Positions 1 to 13,485 of a DNA stretch of 64,000 bases are shown here, in pieces. Below the pieces are notes generated by a model. That model saw only the letters and a list, made by a program, of their open reading frames with translations, made no database searches and was not told where the DNA came from. The DNA is from an uncultured Alphaproteobacteria bacterium (GTDB lineage: Bacteria > Pseudomonadota > Alphaproteobacteria > HIMB59 > GCA-002718135): contig CACFLO010000004.1 of assembly GCA_902567135.1 (NCBI GenBank), positions 1,023 through 65,022 on the forward strand, written 5' to 3'. Position 1 is the stretch's first letter, and every line of letters begins with the position of its first letter. The position numbers and the translations under genes were made by a program.

Positions 1-266
1 TTCATTAGTGCATCTACTGTTTGTGGGGTTGGATCGATAATATCTAATAATCTATTGTGTGTTCTTATCTCAAACTGATCACGGCTTTTCTTATCTACAT
101 GTGGAGATTTATTAACAGTGAATTTTTCAAATCTAGTCGGTAAAGGTATTGGTCCTTTTACCTTAGCTCCAGTTCTTTTCGCAGTATTGATTATTTCTAA
201 AGTACTATTATCAAGAAGTTTATTGTCAAAAGCTCTTAATCTAATTCTAATATTTTGAGAATCCAT
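1..266 (-). CDS. rpsJ: 30S ribosomal protein S10 (N-terminal ~88 codons; gene runs off window start)
   Basis: Reverse translation from the ATG at 264-266 gives [44 protein letters not shown]..., typical S10. The ATG overlaps the fusA stop (TAATG). Confidence 0.9.
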   Translation of the reverse strand, partial: MDSQNIRIRLRAFDNKLLDNSTLEIINTAKRTGAKVKGPIPLPTRFEKFTVNKSPHVDKKSRDQFEIRTHNRLLDIIDPTPQTVDALM

Positions 267-2344
267 TACGCTAACTTTGCCTTTACTTCATCTGCAACAT
301 TTGAAGGTACCTGCTCATAATGATCGAACTGCATTGAGTAGTTCGCTCTACCTTGTGTTAAAGATCTAAGATTATTTACATAACCAAACATATTTGCAAG
401 AGGTACCATTGCATCTACAACATTTGCATTTCCTCTGGTTGACATCTCCTGAACTTGACCTCTTCTACTATTCAAATCTCCAATAACATCGCCCATATAT
501 TCTTCAGGCGTAACTACTTCAACTTTCATCATTGGTTCTAGTAGAACTGGATTAGCTTTCGCAATACCCTCTCTGAATGCAGCTCTTGCAGCAATTTCAA
601 AAGCCAGAACACTTGAATCAACATCATGATAGGCTCCATCAGTTAAAGTTGCTTTAAAATCTATACAAGGAAAGCCGGCCATAACACCTGTTTGTTGTTG
701 AGCAACTAATCCTTTTTCCACTCCAGGTATAAGTTCAGTAGGGATATTCCCACCTTTTATTTTATTAATAAATTCGTATCCACTCCCAGGCTCACCAGGA
801 TCAAAAGTTATTTTTACCCTTGCAAATTGTCCTGCTCCTCCTGATTGTTTTTTATGAGTATAATCAACATTAAATGAGCTAGATATTGTTTCTCTATAAG
901 CAACTTGCGGTGCGCCAACATTTGCTTCTACTTTAAACTCTCTTTTCATTCTATCTACCAAAATTTCAAGATGAAGCTCACCCATTCCTTTAATAATTGT
1001 CTGACCACTCTCATGGTCAGTTGTTACTCTAAAGCTTGGGTCTTCCTGAGCTAATCTACCAAGAGCCGTACCCATTTTTTCATGGTCTGCTTTTGTTTTT
1101 GGCTCAACTGCAACTTCAATTACAGGATCAGGGAAATCCATTCTCTCTAAAACAATAGGTTCATTAACAGAGCACAATGTTTCCCCTGTTGTTACATCTT
1201 TCAAGCCAACAAGAGCTACAATATCTCCTGCATTAGCAGTTTTAATTTCTTCTCTGTTGTTTGCATGCATTAAAAGCATTCTACCAATATTTTCTTTTTT
1301 TCCAGAGTTGGAATTTAGAACTGTATCTTTTGTATTGATTGTTCCGGAATAAATTCTTGTAAATGTCAAACTACCTACAAAAGGATCTGTCATAATTTTA
1401 AATGCTAGTGCGCTAAAAGGCTCATTGTCATCACACTTTCTAGTGAGTTCTTTTGAGTCATCTTCTACAGCTACCCCACGAACACTTGCTACATCAATAG
1501 GTGATGGCATATAATCTATTACCGCATCAAGTAACGGCTGCACCCCTTTATTTTTAAAAGCTGAACCGGTTAAAACAGGGACAAATGACCCCTTAATTGT
1601 ACCTTTTCTAATACATTTTTTTAAATCCTCAATTGAGGGTTCATTACCATCTAAATATGACTCCATAATTGTGTCATCTTCCTCAACAGCTTTTTCTACT
1701 AATTTTTCTCTATATTCTTTTGCTTGTTCTTTTAAATCATCAGGTATTTCAACAATATCAAATTTAGCACCAAGACTTTCATCCTGCCAGACGATAGCAT
1801 TATTTGAAATCAAATCAACGACGCCTTTTAAATCACTCTCAATACCTATGGGGAGCTGTAACACAAGGGGATAAGAGCCTAATCTTTCAGGTATCATATC
1901 TACACACATAAAAAAATTTGCTCCAGTTCTATCCAATTTGTTTATAAAGCACATTCTAGGAACATTATATTTATCAGCTTGGCGCCAAACAGTTTCAGAT
2001 TGTGGTTCAACTCCAGCTACACCATCAAATACTGCAACTGCACCATCAAGCACCTTAAGAGATCTCTCAACTTCAATTGTAAAGTCAACATGCCCTGGTG
2101 TATCAATAATATTAACCCTATGATCATTCCAAAAACAGGTTGTGGCTGCAGATGTAATTGTAATTCCTCTTTCTTGTTCTTGCTCCATCCAATCCATAGT
2201 AGCAGCACCATCATGAACTTCACCTATTTTGTGAGATTTACCAGTATAATATAAAATTCTTTCTGTAGTTGTGGTTTTGCCAGCATCTATATGAGCCATG
2301 ATACCAATATTTCTATATTTTTCTAAACTATGAGTTCTTGACAT
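266..2344 (-). CDS. fusA: Elongation factor G
   Basis: [20 protein letters not shown]1 motif, DTPGHVDF, full EF-G domain order. ATG ([10 protein letters not shown]) at 2344 preferred over the upstream GTG at 2356, which would overlap rpsG. Confidence 0.97.
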   Translation of the reverse strand: MSRTHSLEKYRNIGIMAHIDAGKTTTTERILYYTGKSHKIGEVHDGAATMDWMEQEQERGITITSAATTCFWNDHRVNIIDTPGHVDFTIEVERSLKVLDGAVAVFDGVAGVEPQSETVWRQADKYNVPRMCFINKLDRTGANFFMCVDMIPERLGSYPLVLQLPIGIESDLKGVVDLISNNAIVWQDESLGAKFDIVEIPDDLKEQAKEYREKLVEKAVEEDDTIMESYLDGNEPSIEDLKKCIRKGTIKGSFVPVLTGSAFKNKGVQPLLDAVIDYMPSPIDVASVRGVAVEDDSKELTRKCDDNEPFSALAFKIMTDPFVGSLTFTRIYSGTINTKDTVLNSNSGKKENIGRMLLMHANNREEIKTANAGDIVALVGLKDVTTGETLCSVNEPIVLERMDFPDPVIEVAVEPKTKADHEKMGTALGRLAQEDPSFRVTTDHESGQTIIKGMGELHLEILVDRMKREFKVEANVGAPQVAYRETISSSFNVDYTHKKQSGGAGQFARVKITFDPGEPGSGYEFINKIKGGNIPTELIPGVEKGLVAQQQTGVMAGFPCIDFKATLTDGAYHDVDSSVLAFEIAARAAFREGIAKANPVLLEPMMKVEVVTPEEYMGDVIGDLNSRRGQVQEMSTRGNANVVDAMVPLANMFGYVNNLRSLTQGRANYSMQFDHYEQVPSNVADEVKAKLA

Positions 2345-2349
2345 TTTTA

Positions 2350-2820
2350 CTACCACCTAAAATGAGAGAAAGCTCTGTTTGCTTCAGCCATTTTATGAGT
2401 CTCTTCTCGTTTTTTAACTGAATTACCTTTATTATTGAATGCATCGAAAATTTCATTCGCAACTCTTTCTCGCATAGTTTTTTCATTTCTTTTATTGGCT
2501 GAGTCAACTATCCATTTCATTGCTAGTGTTTGTGCTCTTCTAGGTCGCACTTCCATCGGAACTTGGTAAGTGGCACCACCAACTCTTCTTGATCTTACTT
2601 CAAGACTTGGCTTAACGTTATTAAGTGCTTCATGAAAAAAATCAATTGGACTTTTTTCAGTTTTTTCTGATATGATTTCAAAGGCACCATATACTATTTT
2701 TTCTGATATTGATTTTTTTCCATCAATCATAATTCTATTCATAAATTTAGTAAGGATAATATCTTTGTATTTACAATCTGGTATTACAACTCTTTTTTCT
2801 GCAGCTCTTCTTCTTGACAT
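2350..2820 (-). CDS. rpsG: 30S ribosomal protein S7
   Basis: 156 aa, [10 protein letters not shown]...[10 protein letters not shown], canonical S7; str-operon position. Confidence 0.97.
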   Translation of the reverse strand: MSRRRAAEKRVVIPDCKYKDIILTKFMNRIMIDGKKSISEKIVYGAFEIISEKTEKSPIDFFHEALNNVKPSLEVRSRRVGGATYQVPMEVRPRRAQTLAMKWIVDSANKRNEKTMRERVANEIFDAFNNKGNSVKKREETHKMAEANRAFSHFRW

Positions 2821-2822
2821 AT

Positions 2823-3194
2823 TTATTTGGGTTTTTTTGCGCCATATAAAGAGCGTCTTTGTTTTCTTGCACTAACACCTTGCGTGTCTAAAGTACCTCT
2901 TAAAATGTGATATCTAACACCAGGCAAATCCTTTACTCTTCCTCCCCTAAGCAAAACAACTGAATGTTCTTGAAGGTTATGACCCTCTCCCGGTATGTAT
3001 GCAGAAACTTCCTGACCATTAGTAAGCTTAACTCTTGCAACCTTACGTAAAGCGGAGTTAGGTTTTTTTGGAGTTGTTGTATAAACTCTAGTGCAAACTC
3101 CTCTTTTTTGAGGGCAGGCACCCAAAGCAGGAACTTTGTTCCTTTTTTTTTGAGCTTTTCTTCCTTTTCTTACTAACTGGTTTATAGTTGGCAT
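2823..3194 (-). CDS. rpsL: 30S ribosomal protein S12
   Basis: [12 protein letters not shown]...[15 protein letters not shown], canonical S12. Confidence 0.97.
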   Translation of the reverse strand: MPTINQLVRKGRKAQKKRNKVPALGACPQKRGVCTRVYTTTPKKPNSALRKVARVKLTNGQEVSAYIPGEGHNLQEHSVVLLRGGRVKDLPGVRYHILRGTLDTQGVSARKQRRSLYGAKKPK

Positions 3195-3296
3195 ATTTTT
3201 CCTTGCTAAGTGTTTGGAATTAATTTTCCACTACCATCAACAAAAGTAGCAGGTCTTTATTAATTGAAAGCTAAAAAGTCAAGAAATATATGTAAA

Positions 3297-6200
3297 TTAT
3301 GAGGGTTTTTCGTTATTTTCATTTAAAGCATTTCTTTGCTCTGTTATTTCTTGATCTTTAACCTTAGCAATGTTTTCATATTCAGATGTAATTTTCCCTG
3401 TTCCTGCAGGAATTAGTCGCCCAACAATAACATTCTCTTTAAGGCCTGATAAAGTGTCAATTTTACCAATTGTTGCGGCATCAGTCAAAACTTTTGTAGT
3501 TTCTTGAAAAGATGCAGCAGATATGAAAGAAGAAGTTTGAAGACTTGCTTTTGTAATACCTAAAAGAACAGGTTCATAAATAACAATCTTTTTACCTTGA
3601 GATTCAAGCAGTTTGTTAATTTTTAGAACATCTCTTTTTTGAATCTGCTCTCCTGCAATTAAAGATGATTCTCCTGGATTTTTAATTAGAACTTTTTGCA
3701 GCATTTGTCTGGCTATAGTTTCAATATGTTTATCATTAATATAAACACCTTGAAGCTTATAGACAGCCTGAACTTCTTTAACTAAATATCTTGCTAGCTC
3801 TTCAATACCTAATATTCGTAAAATATCATGTGGGACTGGTGTACCCTCAACTAATATATCACCTTTTTTTACAAAATCACCTTCTTGAACATTTAAATAT
3901 TTAGATCTAGGTATTAAAATCTCAAAAGTAAGTTCTTCATCAACGCTTGTTATTACTAATCTTCTTTTGTTTTTATAATCTTTCCCGAAAGAAATTTGTC
4001 CATCAATCTCACACATGATTGCAGGGTCTTTTGGTTTTCTAGCCTCAAATAATTCAGCCACTCTTGGCAGACCTCCTGTTATATCTTTAGTTTTAGAAGA
4101 CTCTTTTGGGATTCTTGCCAGAACCTGTCCCGCTGAAACATCTTGACCATTCTCAACACTCAGAATTGAATCAATTGACATTGGATAATTAATTATATCT
4201 CCATCAATATTTTCCTCATCTTCATAAGAGTTAACGATATTTATAGCTGGCTTAAAGTTTTTTGATTTTGGATTCTGGCTCCAATCTATAACTATCTTGC
4301 TTGATATTCCTGTAGTATCATCAGTTGACTCTCTGAAAGAAATTCCTTGTTTTAGATCTACATATTTTATTATCCCATCTTTTTCAGCTATTATTGGCAA
4401 AGTATAAGGATCCCACTCTGCTAAAAGATCGTTAACTTTAACTATCTGATTATCCTTCACAAATAACTTTGAACCAAAAGGTATGTTAAATGAAAATTTT
4501 TCTACTTCATCTAACAATATTTTAATTTTAGCATTTCGACTAAGTATAATTTGATTATTAGCTTTATCATTAATTAATCTTATGTTTTCAAATCTAACTT
4601 TACCTTCTATTGGAGCAACAGCATTAGATTGTTCAACAGAAGAGCTTGCAGCTCCACCTATATGGAATGTTCTCATTGTTAACTGTGTTCCAGGTTCTCC
4701 AATTGATTGAGCGGCAATAATACCTACAGCCTCACCAATATTAACCTCAGTACCTCTTGCTAAATCTCTTCCATAACATTTTGAGCAAATTCCATCTTCA
4801 GTTTCACATGTTAATACAGATCTAATTTTCATTGATCTCAATCCTGAATTCTTAATTTCCTCCAAATGTTTTTCTTCAATTATATGACCAGATTGTATTA
4901 TTAGATTATTATTTAAATCTTTAATATCTTCTGAAGGTGTTCTGCCAAGAACTCTTTCTGATAATGGAGAAGTAATATTTCCAGAATCAACAATTTCTTC
5001 AACTATTACACCATTTTTAGTTCCACAATCTAACTCTCTTATAACAGCATCTTGAGCCACATCTACTAAACGTCTAGTTAAATATCCACTACTAGCTGTT
5101 TTTAAAGCTGTATCAGCAAGGCCTTTCCTAGCTCCATGTGTTGAAGTAAAATATTCTAAAACTGATAACCCCTCCTTGAAGTTAGACTTAATAGGATTTT
5201 CAATAATTTCACCAGAGGGCTTTGCCATCAAACCTCTCATACCAGCAAGTTGCTTTAACTGAGCAGCAGAACCACGAGCTCCAGAATGAGCCATCATGTA
5301 TACAGAGTTAATAGGTTTATCATCCTCTGGATTTGAAATTACATCTAGCATTTTATCTGCAACCCTGTTTGTGCATTCTGACCAAGCATCTACTACTTTG
5401 TTATATTTTTCACCTTGAGTAATAAGGCCATCCTGATATTGATTTTCATATTCTTGAACTTTAGATTGAGTTTCATCAAGTAATTTTTGTTTTTCTTCTG
5501 GAATAATTAAATCATCTTTTCCAAATGAAATTCCTGCAATAGCTGCATATTTAAAACCTATTTGCATTATACTATCTGCAAAAAGAACCGTTTCTTTTTG
5601 TCCGCAGAAACGATAGACTGTATCAATTAAATTACTAACTTCTTTTTTAGTTAAGATTTTATTAATTAAACTAAAATTTATTTTTTTATTATTAGGTAAA
5701 GAGTCAGCCAGCAACATTCTTCCTGCAGTTGTTTCTACCTTTGAAAATGAGCCATCAAAGTTTTTAATTCTTACATTTATTTTCGAGTGAAGATCAATAT
5801 CTTTTAATTCAACTGCTTTTAATATTTCGTTTGTATCAAGAAAATTTCTACCTTCACCTTTTTGATTATTTCGCATAATCGATAAATAATAAATTCCTAA
5901 AACAATATCCTGAGATGGTACAATTATAGGTTTTCCACTAGATGGAGAAAGTATGTTATTAGTACTCATCATAAGAACTCGAGCCTCTAATTGAGCTTCT
6001 AGACTTAATGGAACGTGAACAGCCATTTGATCACCATCAAAATCAGCATTAAAAGCAGTACATACTAGTGGATGCAATTGTATTGATTTTCCTTCTATTA
6101 AAACTGGCTCAAAAGCCTGAATCCCCAATCTGTGTAAAGTAGGAGCTCTATTGAGTAGAACAGGATGTTCTCTAATTACCTCTTCAAGTATGTCCCATAC

Positions 6201-7433
6201 CCTTGGATCTTCTTTTTCAACTAATTTTTTTGCAGCTTTAATAGTATTTGCCCATCCATAAATATCTAATTTATTAAAAATAAAAGGCTTAAATAATTCT
6301 AATGCCATTTTTTTCGGAAGACCACATTGATGTAGTTTAAGATTTGGTCCAACTACAATTACTGACCTTCCTGAGTAATCAACCCTTTTGCCTAAAAGAT
6401 TCTGTCTAAATCTCCCCTGCTTACCTTTGAGCATATCAGATAGAGATTTAAGTGGACGTTTATTAGTAGAAGTGATTACTCTTCCTCTTCTTCCATTATC
6501 AAACAGAGCATCTACAGACTCCTGAAGCATTCTTTTTTCATTTCTTATAATAATGTCAGGAGCTCTAAGATCAATTAGTCTTTTTAACCTATTATTTCGA
6601 TTTATAACCCTTCTATAAAGATCATTTAAATCACTAGTAGCAAATCTTCCACCATCTAGAGGCACTAATGGTCTCAGCTCTGGTGGAATTACTGGAAGCA
6701 CCCTTAAAATCATCCATTCAGGTTTGTTTTTTGAAAATATGAAAGCTTCTAATAATTTTAATCTTTTAGTTAGCTTTGTTTTTTTAAGTTCTGATTTTGT
6801 TTCTAGAAGATCGTTTTTTGTTTGATTAAAATCAGCCTCAAGATCAATATTGAGAAGCATTTGTTCAATTGCTTCAGCTCCAATTGCTGCACTAAATGAA
6901 TCTTCGCCATATTCATCTTGATAATCAATATATTGATCTTCAGAAATAATATCGCCTTTTTTTAAATCAGTTAAACCTGGTTCAACAACAATAAATTGTT
7001 CAAAATAAAGAACTTTCTCTAAATTTTTAATTGTCATATCGAGCAATGTAGCTATTCTGCTTGGAAGAGATTTCATAAACCATATATGTGAAACTGGAGC
7101 AGCTAGCTCAATATGACCCATTCTATCACGCCTAACTTTTGACAATGTCACTTCAACTCCACATTTTTCACAAATGATCCCTCTAAACTTCATTCGTTTG
7201 TATTTTCCACATAGGCATTCATAATCTTTTACGGGTCCAAAAATTCTTGAACAAAACAATCCATCTTTTTCTGGTTTAAAAGTTCTGTAATTAATGGTTT
7301 CTGGTTTTTTTATCTCACCAAACGACCATGATCTTATGTGATCAGGACTTGCTATTGAAATTTTTAGGCTATTAAATTCTTGAACACCTAAGTTTTGGCT
7401 AAAAATATTCATCAGTTCTTTATTCATTATCAT
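3297..7433 (-). CDS. rpoC: DNA-directed RNA polymerase subunit beta'
   Basis: 1378 aa; [12 protein letters not shown] catalytic motif and Zn-finger [20 protein letters not shown]. Start could be ATG 7433 or 7427; either overlaps the rpoB 3' end. Confidence 0.97.
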   Translation of the reverse strand: MIMNKELMNIFSQNLGVQEFNSLKISIASPDHIRSWSFGEIKKPETINYRTFKPEKDGLFCSRIFGPVKDYECLCGKYKRMKFRGIICEKCGVEVTLSKVRRDRMGHIELAAPVSHIWFMKSLPSRIATLLDMTIKNLEKVLYFEQFIVVEPGLTDLKKGDIISEDQYIDYQDEYGEDSFSAAIGAEAIEQMLLNIDLEADFNQTKNDLLETKSELKKTKLTKRLKLLEAFIFSKNKPEWMILRVLPVIPPELRPLVPLDGGRFATSDLNDLYRRVINRNNRLKRLIDLRAPDIIIRNEKRMLQESVDALFDNGRRGRVITSTNKRPLKSLSDMLKGKQGRFRQNLLGKRVDYSGRSVIVVGPNLKLHQCGLPKKMALELFKPFIFNKLDIYGWANTIKAAKKLVEKEDPRVWDILEEVIREHPVLLNRAPTLHRLGIQAFEPVLIEGKSIQLHPLVCTAFNADFDGDQMAVHVPLSLEAQLEARVLMMSTNNILSPSSGKPIIVPSQDIVLGIYYLSIMRNNQKGEGRNFLDTNEILKAVELKDIDLHSKINVRIKNFDGSFSKVETTAGRMLLADSLPNNKKINFSLINKILTKKEVSNLIDTVYRFCGQKETVLFADSIMQIGFKYAAIAGISFGKDDLIIPEEKQKLLDETQSKVQEYENQYQDGLITQGEKYNKVVDAWSECTNRVADKMLDVISNPEDDKPINSVYMMAHSGARGSAAQLKQLAGMRGLMAKPSGEIIENPIKSNFKEGLSVLEYFTSTHGARKGLADTALKTASSGYLTRRLVDVAQDAVIRELDCGTKNGVIVEEIVDSGNITSPLSERVLGRTPSEDIKDLNNNLIIQSGHIIEEKHLEEIKNSGLRSMKIRSVLTCETEDGICSKCYGRDLARGTEVNIGEAVGIIAAQSIGEPGTQLTMRTFHIGGAASSSVEQSNAVAPIEGKVRFENIRLINDKANNQIILSRNAKIKILLDEVEKFSFNIPFGSKLFVKDNQIVKVNDLLAEWDPYTLPIIAEKDGIIKYVDLKQGISFRESTDDTTGISSKIVIDWSQNPKSKNFKPAINIVNSYEDEENIDGDIINYPMSIDSILSVENGQDVSAGQVLARIPKESSKTKDITGGLPRVAELFEARKPKDPAIMCEIDGQISFGKDYKNKRRLVITSVDEELTFEILIPRSKYLNVQEGDFVKKGDILVEGTPVPHDILRILGIEELARYLVKEVQAVYKLQGVYINDKHIETIARQMLQKVLIKNPGESSLIAGEQIQKRDVLKINKLLESQGKKIVIYEPVLLGITKASLQTSSFISAASFQETTKVLTDAATIGKIDTLSGLKENVIVGRLIPAGTGKITSEYENIAKVKDQEITEQRNALNENNEKPS

Positions 7434-10400
7434 TTACCATTGCTTCAATTTTATTTAATTGTTCCTTGTTTTGTTTATACTCAAGGTTTAAGCCCAAGGA
7501 TCTTAACTCTTTCACCATAACATTAAATGATTCTGGAGTTCCAGATTCAAAATTGTTATCACCTTTCACAATCGACTCATAAACCTTTGTTCTACCAGCT
7601 ACATCATCAGATTTTATTGTTAAAATCTCCTGTAAAGTGTATGCAGCTCCGTAAGCTTCTAAGGCCCAAACTTCCATTTCTCCAAACCTTTGACCACCAA
7701 ATTGTGCTTTTCCTCCTAGAGGTTGTTGGGTTACCAAACTATAAGGGCCTATAGACCTTGCATGAATTTTTTCATCTACTAAGTGATGAAGTTTTAACAT
7801 ATAAACATAACCAACAGTTACAGGTCTTTCAAATTTCTCACCTGTTATACCATCATATAGAACTTCTTGTCCTGATGAAGACATTCCAGACTGTTCAAGG
7901 AGCGAGGTTATATCCTTCTCTTTTGCACCATCAAATACAGGTGTTGCAAAAGGAACACCATCTATTAAATTTTCAGCAAGTTCGAGCAATTCGTCGTCAT
8001 TCATTTCATTTATTTTATCTTTATGTATTTTTTGTTCATAAATTTTTAGTAATTTATCTTTTAAATCTTTTGTTTGACCTTCAATTTTCATTTGTGAAAT
8101 CATTTGAGATACTTGCTTACCGAGGGATGCAGATGCCCAACCTAAATGTGTCTCTAATATCTGACCTATATTCATTCTGCTCGGCACACCCAGTGGGTTC
8201 AACACAATATCTACAGGCGTTCCATCTTCCAGATAGGGCATGTCTTCAGCAGGACAAATCTTTGAAATCACACCTTTATTTCCATGTCTTCCAGCCATTT
8301 TATCGCCTGGCTGAAGTTTTCTTTTAACTGCAATAAACACTTTAATAAGTTTGAGAACACCAGGTAAAAGCTCATCTCCACTTTGTATTTTATCAATTTT
8401 ATTTTCAAACTTCTGATTAATATTACCCAGCTGATTTTCATAATTTTTTATTAAAGATTCAATCTGTGAAGTTGTTTTTTCTTCTTGAATATTAATTTTC
8501 ATTAAATCATTAACATTTAATACATCGAGCTGATCAAATGTGAGTTTGCTATTTTTTGTTAGATCGCTTAACCCTGATATATATATTTTACCTATTAAAA
8601 TTTCTTTTAAGTGGTTACCAAAACTTTTTCTTAAGATGTCTAACTCATCATCTCTATCTCTAGAAATCATCTCAATTTGAGAATTTTCTATACTTATTGC
8701 TCTCTCGTCTTTTTCAATTCCTCTTCTTGAGAAAACTCTGATTTCAACAACAGTACCCTTTACGCCTGGTGGTACACGAAGACTAGTGTCTTTAACGTCT
8801 GCAGCTTTTTCTCCAAATATTGCTCTCAAAAGTTTTTCCTCTGGGGTCATAGGAGTTTCACCCTTAGGTGTAACTTTACCTACAAGTATATCTCCAGATG
8901 ATACTTCAGCTCCGATATAGACTATACCAGTTTCATCAAGATTGATTAGCATTTCTTCACCAGCATTAGGAATATCTCTGGTAATATCCTCTGGACCCAG
9001 TTTAGTGTCTCTTGCCATAACTTCAAACTCTTCAACATGAATTGAGGTGAAGACATCATCTTGAACAACTTTTTCAGATATTAAAATCGAGTCTTCAAAA
9101 TTATATCCATTCCATGGCATAAATGCTACTAAGACATTTCTACCAAGAGCTAATTCACCTAAATCAGTTGCGGGACCATCGGCAATAACTTGATTTTTAA
9201 AAACTTTGTCGCCTACACTTACCAAAGGTCTTTGGTTAATACATGTATTTTGATTAGATCTTTGAAATTTTAATAAATTATAAATGTCTATTTTATTAAG
9301 AGATGTGTCTTTCTTGTCAGTTACCCTAACAACTATTCTATTTGCATCCAGTTGGTCAACAACACCTTCTCGTTTAGCAACAACAGTTGAGCCACTATCT
9401 TTTGCAACTGTAAATTCCATTCCTGTTCCAACTAGAGGAGCTTTTGGTTTTATGAGAGGAACAGCCTGTCTCATCATATTTGATCCCATTAAAGCTCTAT
9501 TCGCATCATCATTTTCTAAAAAAGGTATTAATGAAGAAGCAACAGAAACTAGTTGCTGAGGAGAAACATCCATTAAATCAATAGCATTAACTTCAGCATT
9601 AATAAATTCGCCATTTTTTCTACAGCTAACCACTTCTTTTAAAAAAGTACCCTTATTATTAACTTCTGAATTTGCTTGCGCTATTACAAAATCTTCTTCA
9701 TTTATGGCACTTAAATATATTACTTTGTTAGTAACCTTTCCATTATTTACAATCCTATAAGGTGTTTCAATAAAACCATAGTGATTTATTCTAGAATAAG
9801 ACGCAAGACTATTAATCAAACCTATATTAGCACCTTCAGGAGTTTCAATTGGGCATATTCTACCATAATGTGTTTGGTGAACATCTCTCACTTCAAATCC
9901 AGCTCTTTCTCTGTTTAAACCACCAGGCCCTAAAGCTGAAACTCTTCTTTTATGAGTTATTTCACTTAATGGATTGGTTTGATCCATAAATTGACTTAAC
10001 TGACTAGTTCCAAAAAATTCTTTAATCGAAGCAGAAACAGGTTTCGAATTAATAATATCCTGTGGCATAATATTATCAACTTCAAGCGCACTTAATCTTT
10101 CCTTTATAGCTCTATCCATTTTTAATAAACCAACACGATATTGGTTTTCTAACAGTTCACCAACTGACCTTACTCTCCTGTTTGCAAGATGATCTATATC
10201 GTCAATCTCGCCTTTTCCATCAATAAGGTCATGCATATGTTTAACAACATCAATTATGTCAGTTTTATCTAAAATCCTTTTTTTAATTTCACTATTTTTC
10301 TTAAATTTGGAATTAATTTTTAATCTTCCAACTGATGATAAATCATATCTGTCTTTATTAAAAAATAAGTTATTGAACAAAAGTTCTGCGGTTTCAATTG

Positions 10401-11628
10401 TTGGTGGTTCGCCTGGTCTTAAAATTTTAAATACTTCAAATAAAGCTTCTTCCCTTGATCTGGCTTTATCAAGCTGTAGCGAACTTCTAATATATGATCC
10501 TATTTCGATATTATCAATTTTTAAAATATCAATTTTATTTAATTTATTATTTTCTATAAAATTTAAGAATTCTTCATCAATTTCATAACCTGCCTCATAA
10601 AAAATTTTACCAGATTTTTCATCTATAATGTCTGAAGCTGTGTATAAACCAATCAAAGAATTATCTTCTATGCAAAGATTTTGTCCTACTTTGGACTCCA
10701 AGTCTCTAATATGTTTTTGATTAACTTTTGTACCTTTTGAGAGAAGAATCTTGCCGTTCTTTTGGTCTAGTAAATCATAATTTAATATTTTAGCTTTATA
10801 AAAAGATAAGTTAATTTTATACTTCCATCCAAATTTATCTTTTTTGTATTGAATATTTTCATAAAAAGTCGAAAGTATTTCTTCTGCGCTCATACCTAGT
10901 ATTTTTTTTGGATCTGGGTCTATTTTATTTTCCTCACATTGATTAATATAGTTCTCAGATCTGGAGCTTAATAAACATTTAAGCAAAGTTGTTACAGGAA
11001 ATTTTCTCTTTCTATCAATTCTTGCATGAATGTTATTTTTAGCATCGTGTTCAAAATCTAACCATGAGCCTCTGTATGGAATGATTCTTGCATTATATAA
11101 GTACTTGCCACTGGTATGTGTCTTGCCAAAATCATGATCAAAAAAAACACCTGGGGATCGATGCATTTGACTCACAACAACTCTCTCTGTGCCATTCACT
11201 ACAAAAGTTGCATCTTTAGTCATAAGAGGAATATCCCCCATATAAACCTCTTGTTCTTTTATGTCTCTTACAGATTTTGTGCCTGCAATTTCATCAATAT
11301 CCCAAATAATTAATCTAAAATTAACCAATAAAGGTGCTCCATATGTCATTCCTCTTTGTGAACACTCATCAACTTCATACTTTGGAATACCTATATCGAA
11401 ACTTACATAATCAACTGTTGCTCTTTCAGTATAATCATTAATTGGAAATACAGATTTAAAGATAGCATGAAGACCAGTATCTTCCTTTTTATCAGGATCA
11501 ACTCTTAATTGTAAAAAATTATCAAAGGATCTTTTCTGAACTTCAACTAGGTTTGGTAGTGATGTTACTAGTGGAATTTTACCAAAAGATTTTCTAATTT
11601 TTTTTGAATTAATATAGTCTAAACTCAT
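7420..11628 (-). CDS. rpoB: DNA-directed RNA polymerase subunit beta
   Basis: 1402 aa; conserved [16 protein letters not shown] and [20 protein letters not shown] blocks. Confidence 0.97.
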   Translation of the reverse strand: MSLDYINSKKIRKSFGKIPLVTSLPNLVEVQKRSFDNFLQLRVDPDKKEDTGLHAIFKSVFPINDYTERATVDYVSFDIGIPKYEVDECSQRGMTYGAPLLVNFRLIIWDIDEIAGTKSVRDIKEQEVYMGDIPLMTKDATFVVNGTERVVVSQMHRSPGVFFDHDFGKTHTSGKYLYNARIIPYRGSWLDFEHDAKNNIHARIDRKRKFPVTTLLKCLLSSRSENYINQCEENKIDPDPKKILGMSAEEILSTFYENIQYKKDKFGWKYKINLSFYKAKILNYDLLDQKNGKILLSKGTKVNQKHIRDLESKVGQNLCIEDNSLIGLYTASDIIDEKSGKIFYEAGYEIDEEFLNFIENNKLNKIDILKIDNIEIGSYIRSSLQLDKARSREEALFEVFKILRPGEPPTIETAELLFNNLFFNKDRYDLSSVGRLKINSKFKKNSEIKKRILDKTDIIDVVKHMHDLIDGKGEIDDIDHLANRRVRSVGELLENQYRVGLLKMDRAIKERLSALEVDNIMPQDIINSKPVSASIKEFFGTSQLSQFMDQTNPLSEITHKRRVSALGPGGLNRERAGFEVRDVHQTHYGRICPIETPEGANIGLINSLASYSRINHYGFIETPYRIVNNGKVTNKVIYLSAINEEDFVIAQANSEVNNKGTFLKEVVSCRKNGEFINAEVNAIDLMDVSPQQLVSVASSLIPFLENDDANRALMGSNMMRQAVPLIKPKAPLVGTGMEFTVAKDSGSTVVAKREGVVDQLDANRIVVRVTDKKDTSLNKIDIYNLLKFQRSNQNTCINQRPLVSVGDKVFKNQVIADGPATDLGELALGRNVLVAFMPWNGYNFEDSILISEKVVQDDVFTSIHVEEFEVMARDTKLGPEDITRDIPNAGEEMLINLDETGIVYIGAEVSSGDILVGKVTPKGETPMTPEEKLLRAIFGEKAADVKDTSLRVPPGVKGTVVEIRVFSRRGIEKDERAISIENSQIEMISRDRDDELDILRKSFGNHLKEILIGKIYISGLSDLTKNSKLTFDQLDVLNVNDLMKINIQEEKTTSQIESLIKNYENQLGNINQKFENKIDKIQSGDELLPGVLKLIKVFIAVKRKLQPGDKMAGRHGNKGVISKICPAEDMPYLEDGTPVDIVLNPLGVPSRMNIGQILETHLGWASASLGKQVSQMISQMKIEGQTKDLKDKLLKIYEQKIHKDKINEMNDDELLELAENLIDGVPFATPVFDGAKEKDITSLLEQSGMSSSGQEVLYDGITGEKFERPVTVGYVYMLKLHHLVDEKIHARSIGPYSLVTQQPLGGKAQFGGQRFGEMEVWALEAYGAAYTLQEILTIKSDDVAGRTKVYESIVKGDNNFESGTPESFNVMVKELRSLGLNLEYKQNKEQLNKIEAMVNDNE

Positions 11629-11644
11629 GCATATATCCTTTTTT

Positions 11645-11680
11645 AAAAAAGTTAACTAAGACCTCCAAGTATGGAGATCT
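11645..11680 (-). promoter_or_regulatory. rplL-rpoB intergenic hairpin (possible attenuator / processing site)
   Basis: Minus-strand RNA AGAUCUCCA-UACU-UGGAGGUCU (9 bp, one G.U) at 11659-11680, followed 8 nt later by a U6 run. Same position as the E. coli rplL-rpoB attenuator/RNase III site. The U-tract is not adjacent to the stem, so this is not a canonical terminator. Confidence 0.35.
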
Positions 11681-11690
11681 TATTAAAAAA

Positions 11691-12068
11691 TTATTTAAGC
11701 TCTGCTTTTGCTCCTGCTGCTTCTAGAGATTTTTTCATCTCTTCTGCTTCAGCCTTAGCAACACCTTGCTTTAATGGTTTAGGTGCCCCTTCAACTAAAT
11801 CTTTAGCTTCCTTAAGACCTAGACCAGTAATAGTTCTAACTTCTTTTATTACTGCGATTTTATTTGACCCAGCTTCAGCTAGAACAACATCAAATTCAGA
11901 TTTTTCTTCTGCTGCTGCCTCTCCTGCTCCAGCTCCTGGAGCAGCTGCTACTGCAACAGGTGCTGCTGCTGAGACGCCCCATTTTTCTTCAAGCATTGTG
12001 CTTAATTCTGCTGCTTCTAGAACTGTTAGAGATGATAAATCATCAACAATCTTATTTAAATCAGCCAT
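11691..12068 (-). CDS. rplL: 50S ribosomal protein L7/L12
   Basis: 125 aa; Ala-rich hinge, C-terminal [16 protein letters not shown]. Confidence 0.97.
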   Translation of the reverse strand: MADLNKIVDDLSSLTVLEAAELSTMLEEKWGVSAAAPVAVAAAPGAGAGEAAAEEKSEFDVVLAEAGSNKIAVIKEVRTITGLGLKEAKDLVEGAPKPLKQGVAKAEAEEMKKSLEAAGAKAELK

Positions 12069-12086
12069 TTTTATCTCCTTTTAAAC

Positions 12087-12608
12087 CTAGTTAGACTCTT
12101 CAAGTTTTTTACTTTGTGCACTCATCATTCTTGCCATTTTTCCAGCAGGCTCCTTAACAATAGATGCAATTTTTTGAGCTGGAGCTGATATAAGCCCCAA
12201 AATCTTACCTCTTAATTCATCCATAGATGGTAAAGTCGCAAGAAAATTAATTTTATTATTATCCATTCTCTCACCATCATATCCACCACCAATGATTTTG
12301 AAGTTTTCAATTTTTTTCTCAAAACTTACTGCAACTTTCGCTGGAGCTACGGGATCTTCTGAATAAGCTATTGCAGTAGGTCCCGAAAATAGATCAGCTA
12401 GACTTTTGAACTGAGTGTCTTCCAAAGCAAGTTTAGTGAGTCTGTTCTTAGTTACCTTAAATTTTGCACCATTATTTCTCATTTCTTTCCTTAACTGGTC
12501 TGTTTCATCAACAGTAATACCAGAATAGTGAGCAACAATAACTGAAGAAGAAGAACTTAATTCTTCTTTAAGTTTTTTTACAAAATCTTTTTTTTCAGAA
12601 CGGTTCAC
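12087..12608 (-). CDS. rplJ: 50S ribosomal protein L10 (GTG start)
   Basis: 173 aa; MNRSEKKDFV...RLTKLAL pattern; lies between the L10 leader and rplL. Confidence 0.93.
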   Translation of the reverse strand: MNRSEKKDFVKKLKEELSSSSSVIVAHYSGITVDETDQLRKEMRNNGAKFKVTKNRLTKLALEDTQFKSLADLFSGPTAIAYSEDPVAPAKVAVSFEKKIENFKIIGGGYDGERMDNNKINFLATLPSMDELRGKILGLISAPAQKIASIVKEPAGKMARMMSAQSKKLEESN

Positions 12609-12794
12609 TTTTACCTCGGTTTATTATTAGGTATTAACCTAAAATTAGCTGCCTTAAGTTTGCCAATCAAACTAAGACAAGCCTGCCAAGAAGCTAATCA
12701 ATGGACTCGCTTCAGTCTGTGCAGGTTATTAAGCTTACGCCCCTGCAGTCTTTGACAGGTGATAGCTTCTAAAAGAAACTATCTGTTGAACTAG
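12609..12794 (-). ncRNA. Probable ribosomal protein L10 (rplJ) leader RNA
   Basis: A 186-nt non-coding gap, exceptional for this window and visibly GC-richer. Contains several stems on the minus strand, e.g. CTGCAGG...CCTGCAG and GACTgaagcgAGTC. Sits exactly between rplA and rplJ, where the L10 autoregulatory leader lies in other bacteria. Confidence 0.55.
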
Positions 12795-13484
12795 TTAACG
12801 AAGACTTGCTATGTTAACCTCTAATCCAACACCCATAGTTGAAGCTATGGTAACTTTTTTTATAAATGATCCTTTTACACTTTCAGGTTTACTCTTGTTA
12901 ATTGAAGTGTAAAAAAACTTTAAGTTTTCCAAAAGATCATTGTCATCAAAATTCATTTTTCCAATACCAGCATGAACAATACCAGCCTTATCGTTTTTAA
13001 ATTGTACTTGTCCTGACTTTGCATTTTTAACTGCAGTGGCAATATCTTGTGTTACAGTTCCAAGCTTTGGATTTGGCATTAAACCCTTTGGACCTAATAT
13101 TTTTGCAACTTTGCCAACAGACGGCATCATATCTGGAGAAGCTATAAGTAAGTCGAAATCAATCTTGCCTGATGCAATGGATTCAATTAACTCATTTTCA
13201 CCAACTAAATCTGCACCACCTTCTTTAGCTTCTGTTTGCTTATCACCTTTTGTAAGAACAGCTATCTTAATAGATTTGCCTGTTCCTTTAGGTAGATTAG
13301 TAACACCTCTGATTCCTTGATCAGTTTTATTTGGATCAATTCCTAAATTTATAGCGACATCCAAAGTTTCATTAAATTTAGCATATTTATTTTCTTTTAA
13401 AATTTTAATAGCATCAATAGGTTCATATACTTTAGTGGCATCAATTACCTCTAATATTTTTTTATTATTTTTTGTTTTTTTCAT
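12795..13484 (-). CDS. rplA: 50S ribosomal protein L1
   Basis: 229 aa; GKSIKIAVLTKGDK...LGPKGLMPNPK. Confidence 0.96.
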   Translation of the reverse strand: MKKTKNNKKILEVIDATKVYEPIDAIKILKENKYAKFNETLDVAINLGIDPNKTDQGIRGVTNLPKGTGKSIKIAVLTKGDKQTEAKEGGADLVGENELIESIASGKIDFDLLIASPDMMPSVGKVAKILGPKGLMPNPKLGTVTQDIATAVKNAKSGQVQFKNDKAGIVHAGIGKMNFDDNDLLENLKFFYTSINKSKPESVKGSFIKKVTIASTMGVGLEVNIASLR

Positions 13485-13485
13485 A

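Noticed and set aside
7758-8327. 189-aa plus-strand ORF inside rpoB. Similar antisense ORFs lie at 9284-9559, 10256-10588 and 11116-11313.
   Set aside because: They are antisense to perfectly conserved rpoB coding sequence, have no motifs, and their composition (Leu/Phe/His/Gln-rich) is typical of reverse-frame artefacts.
11671-12084. 137-aa plus-strand ORF (Ala/Ser/Pro-rich) and a 76-aa ORF, antisense to rplL.
   Set aside because: They mirror the GCT/GCA-rich alanine hinge of L7/L12 and have low-complexity composition. The opposite strand encodes an unmistakable rplL.
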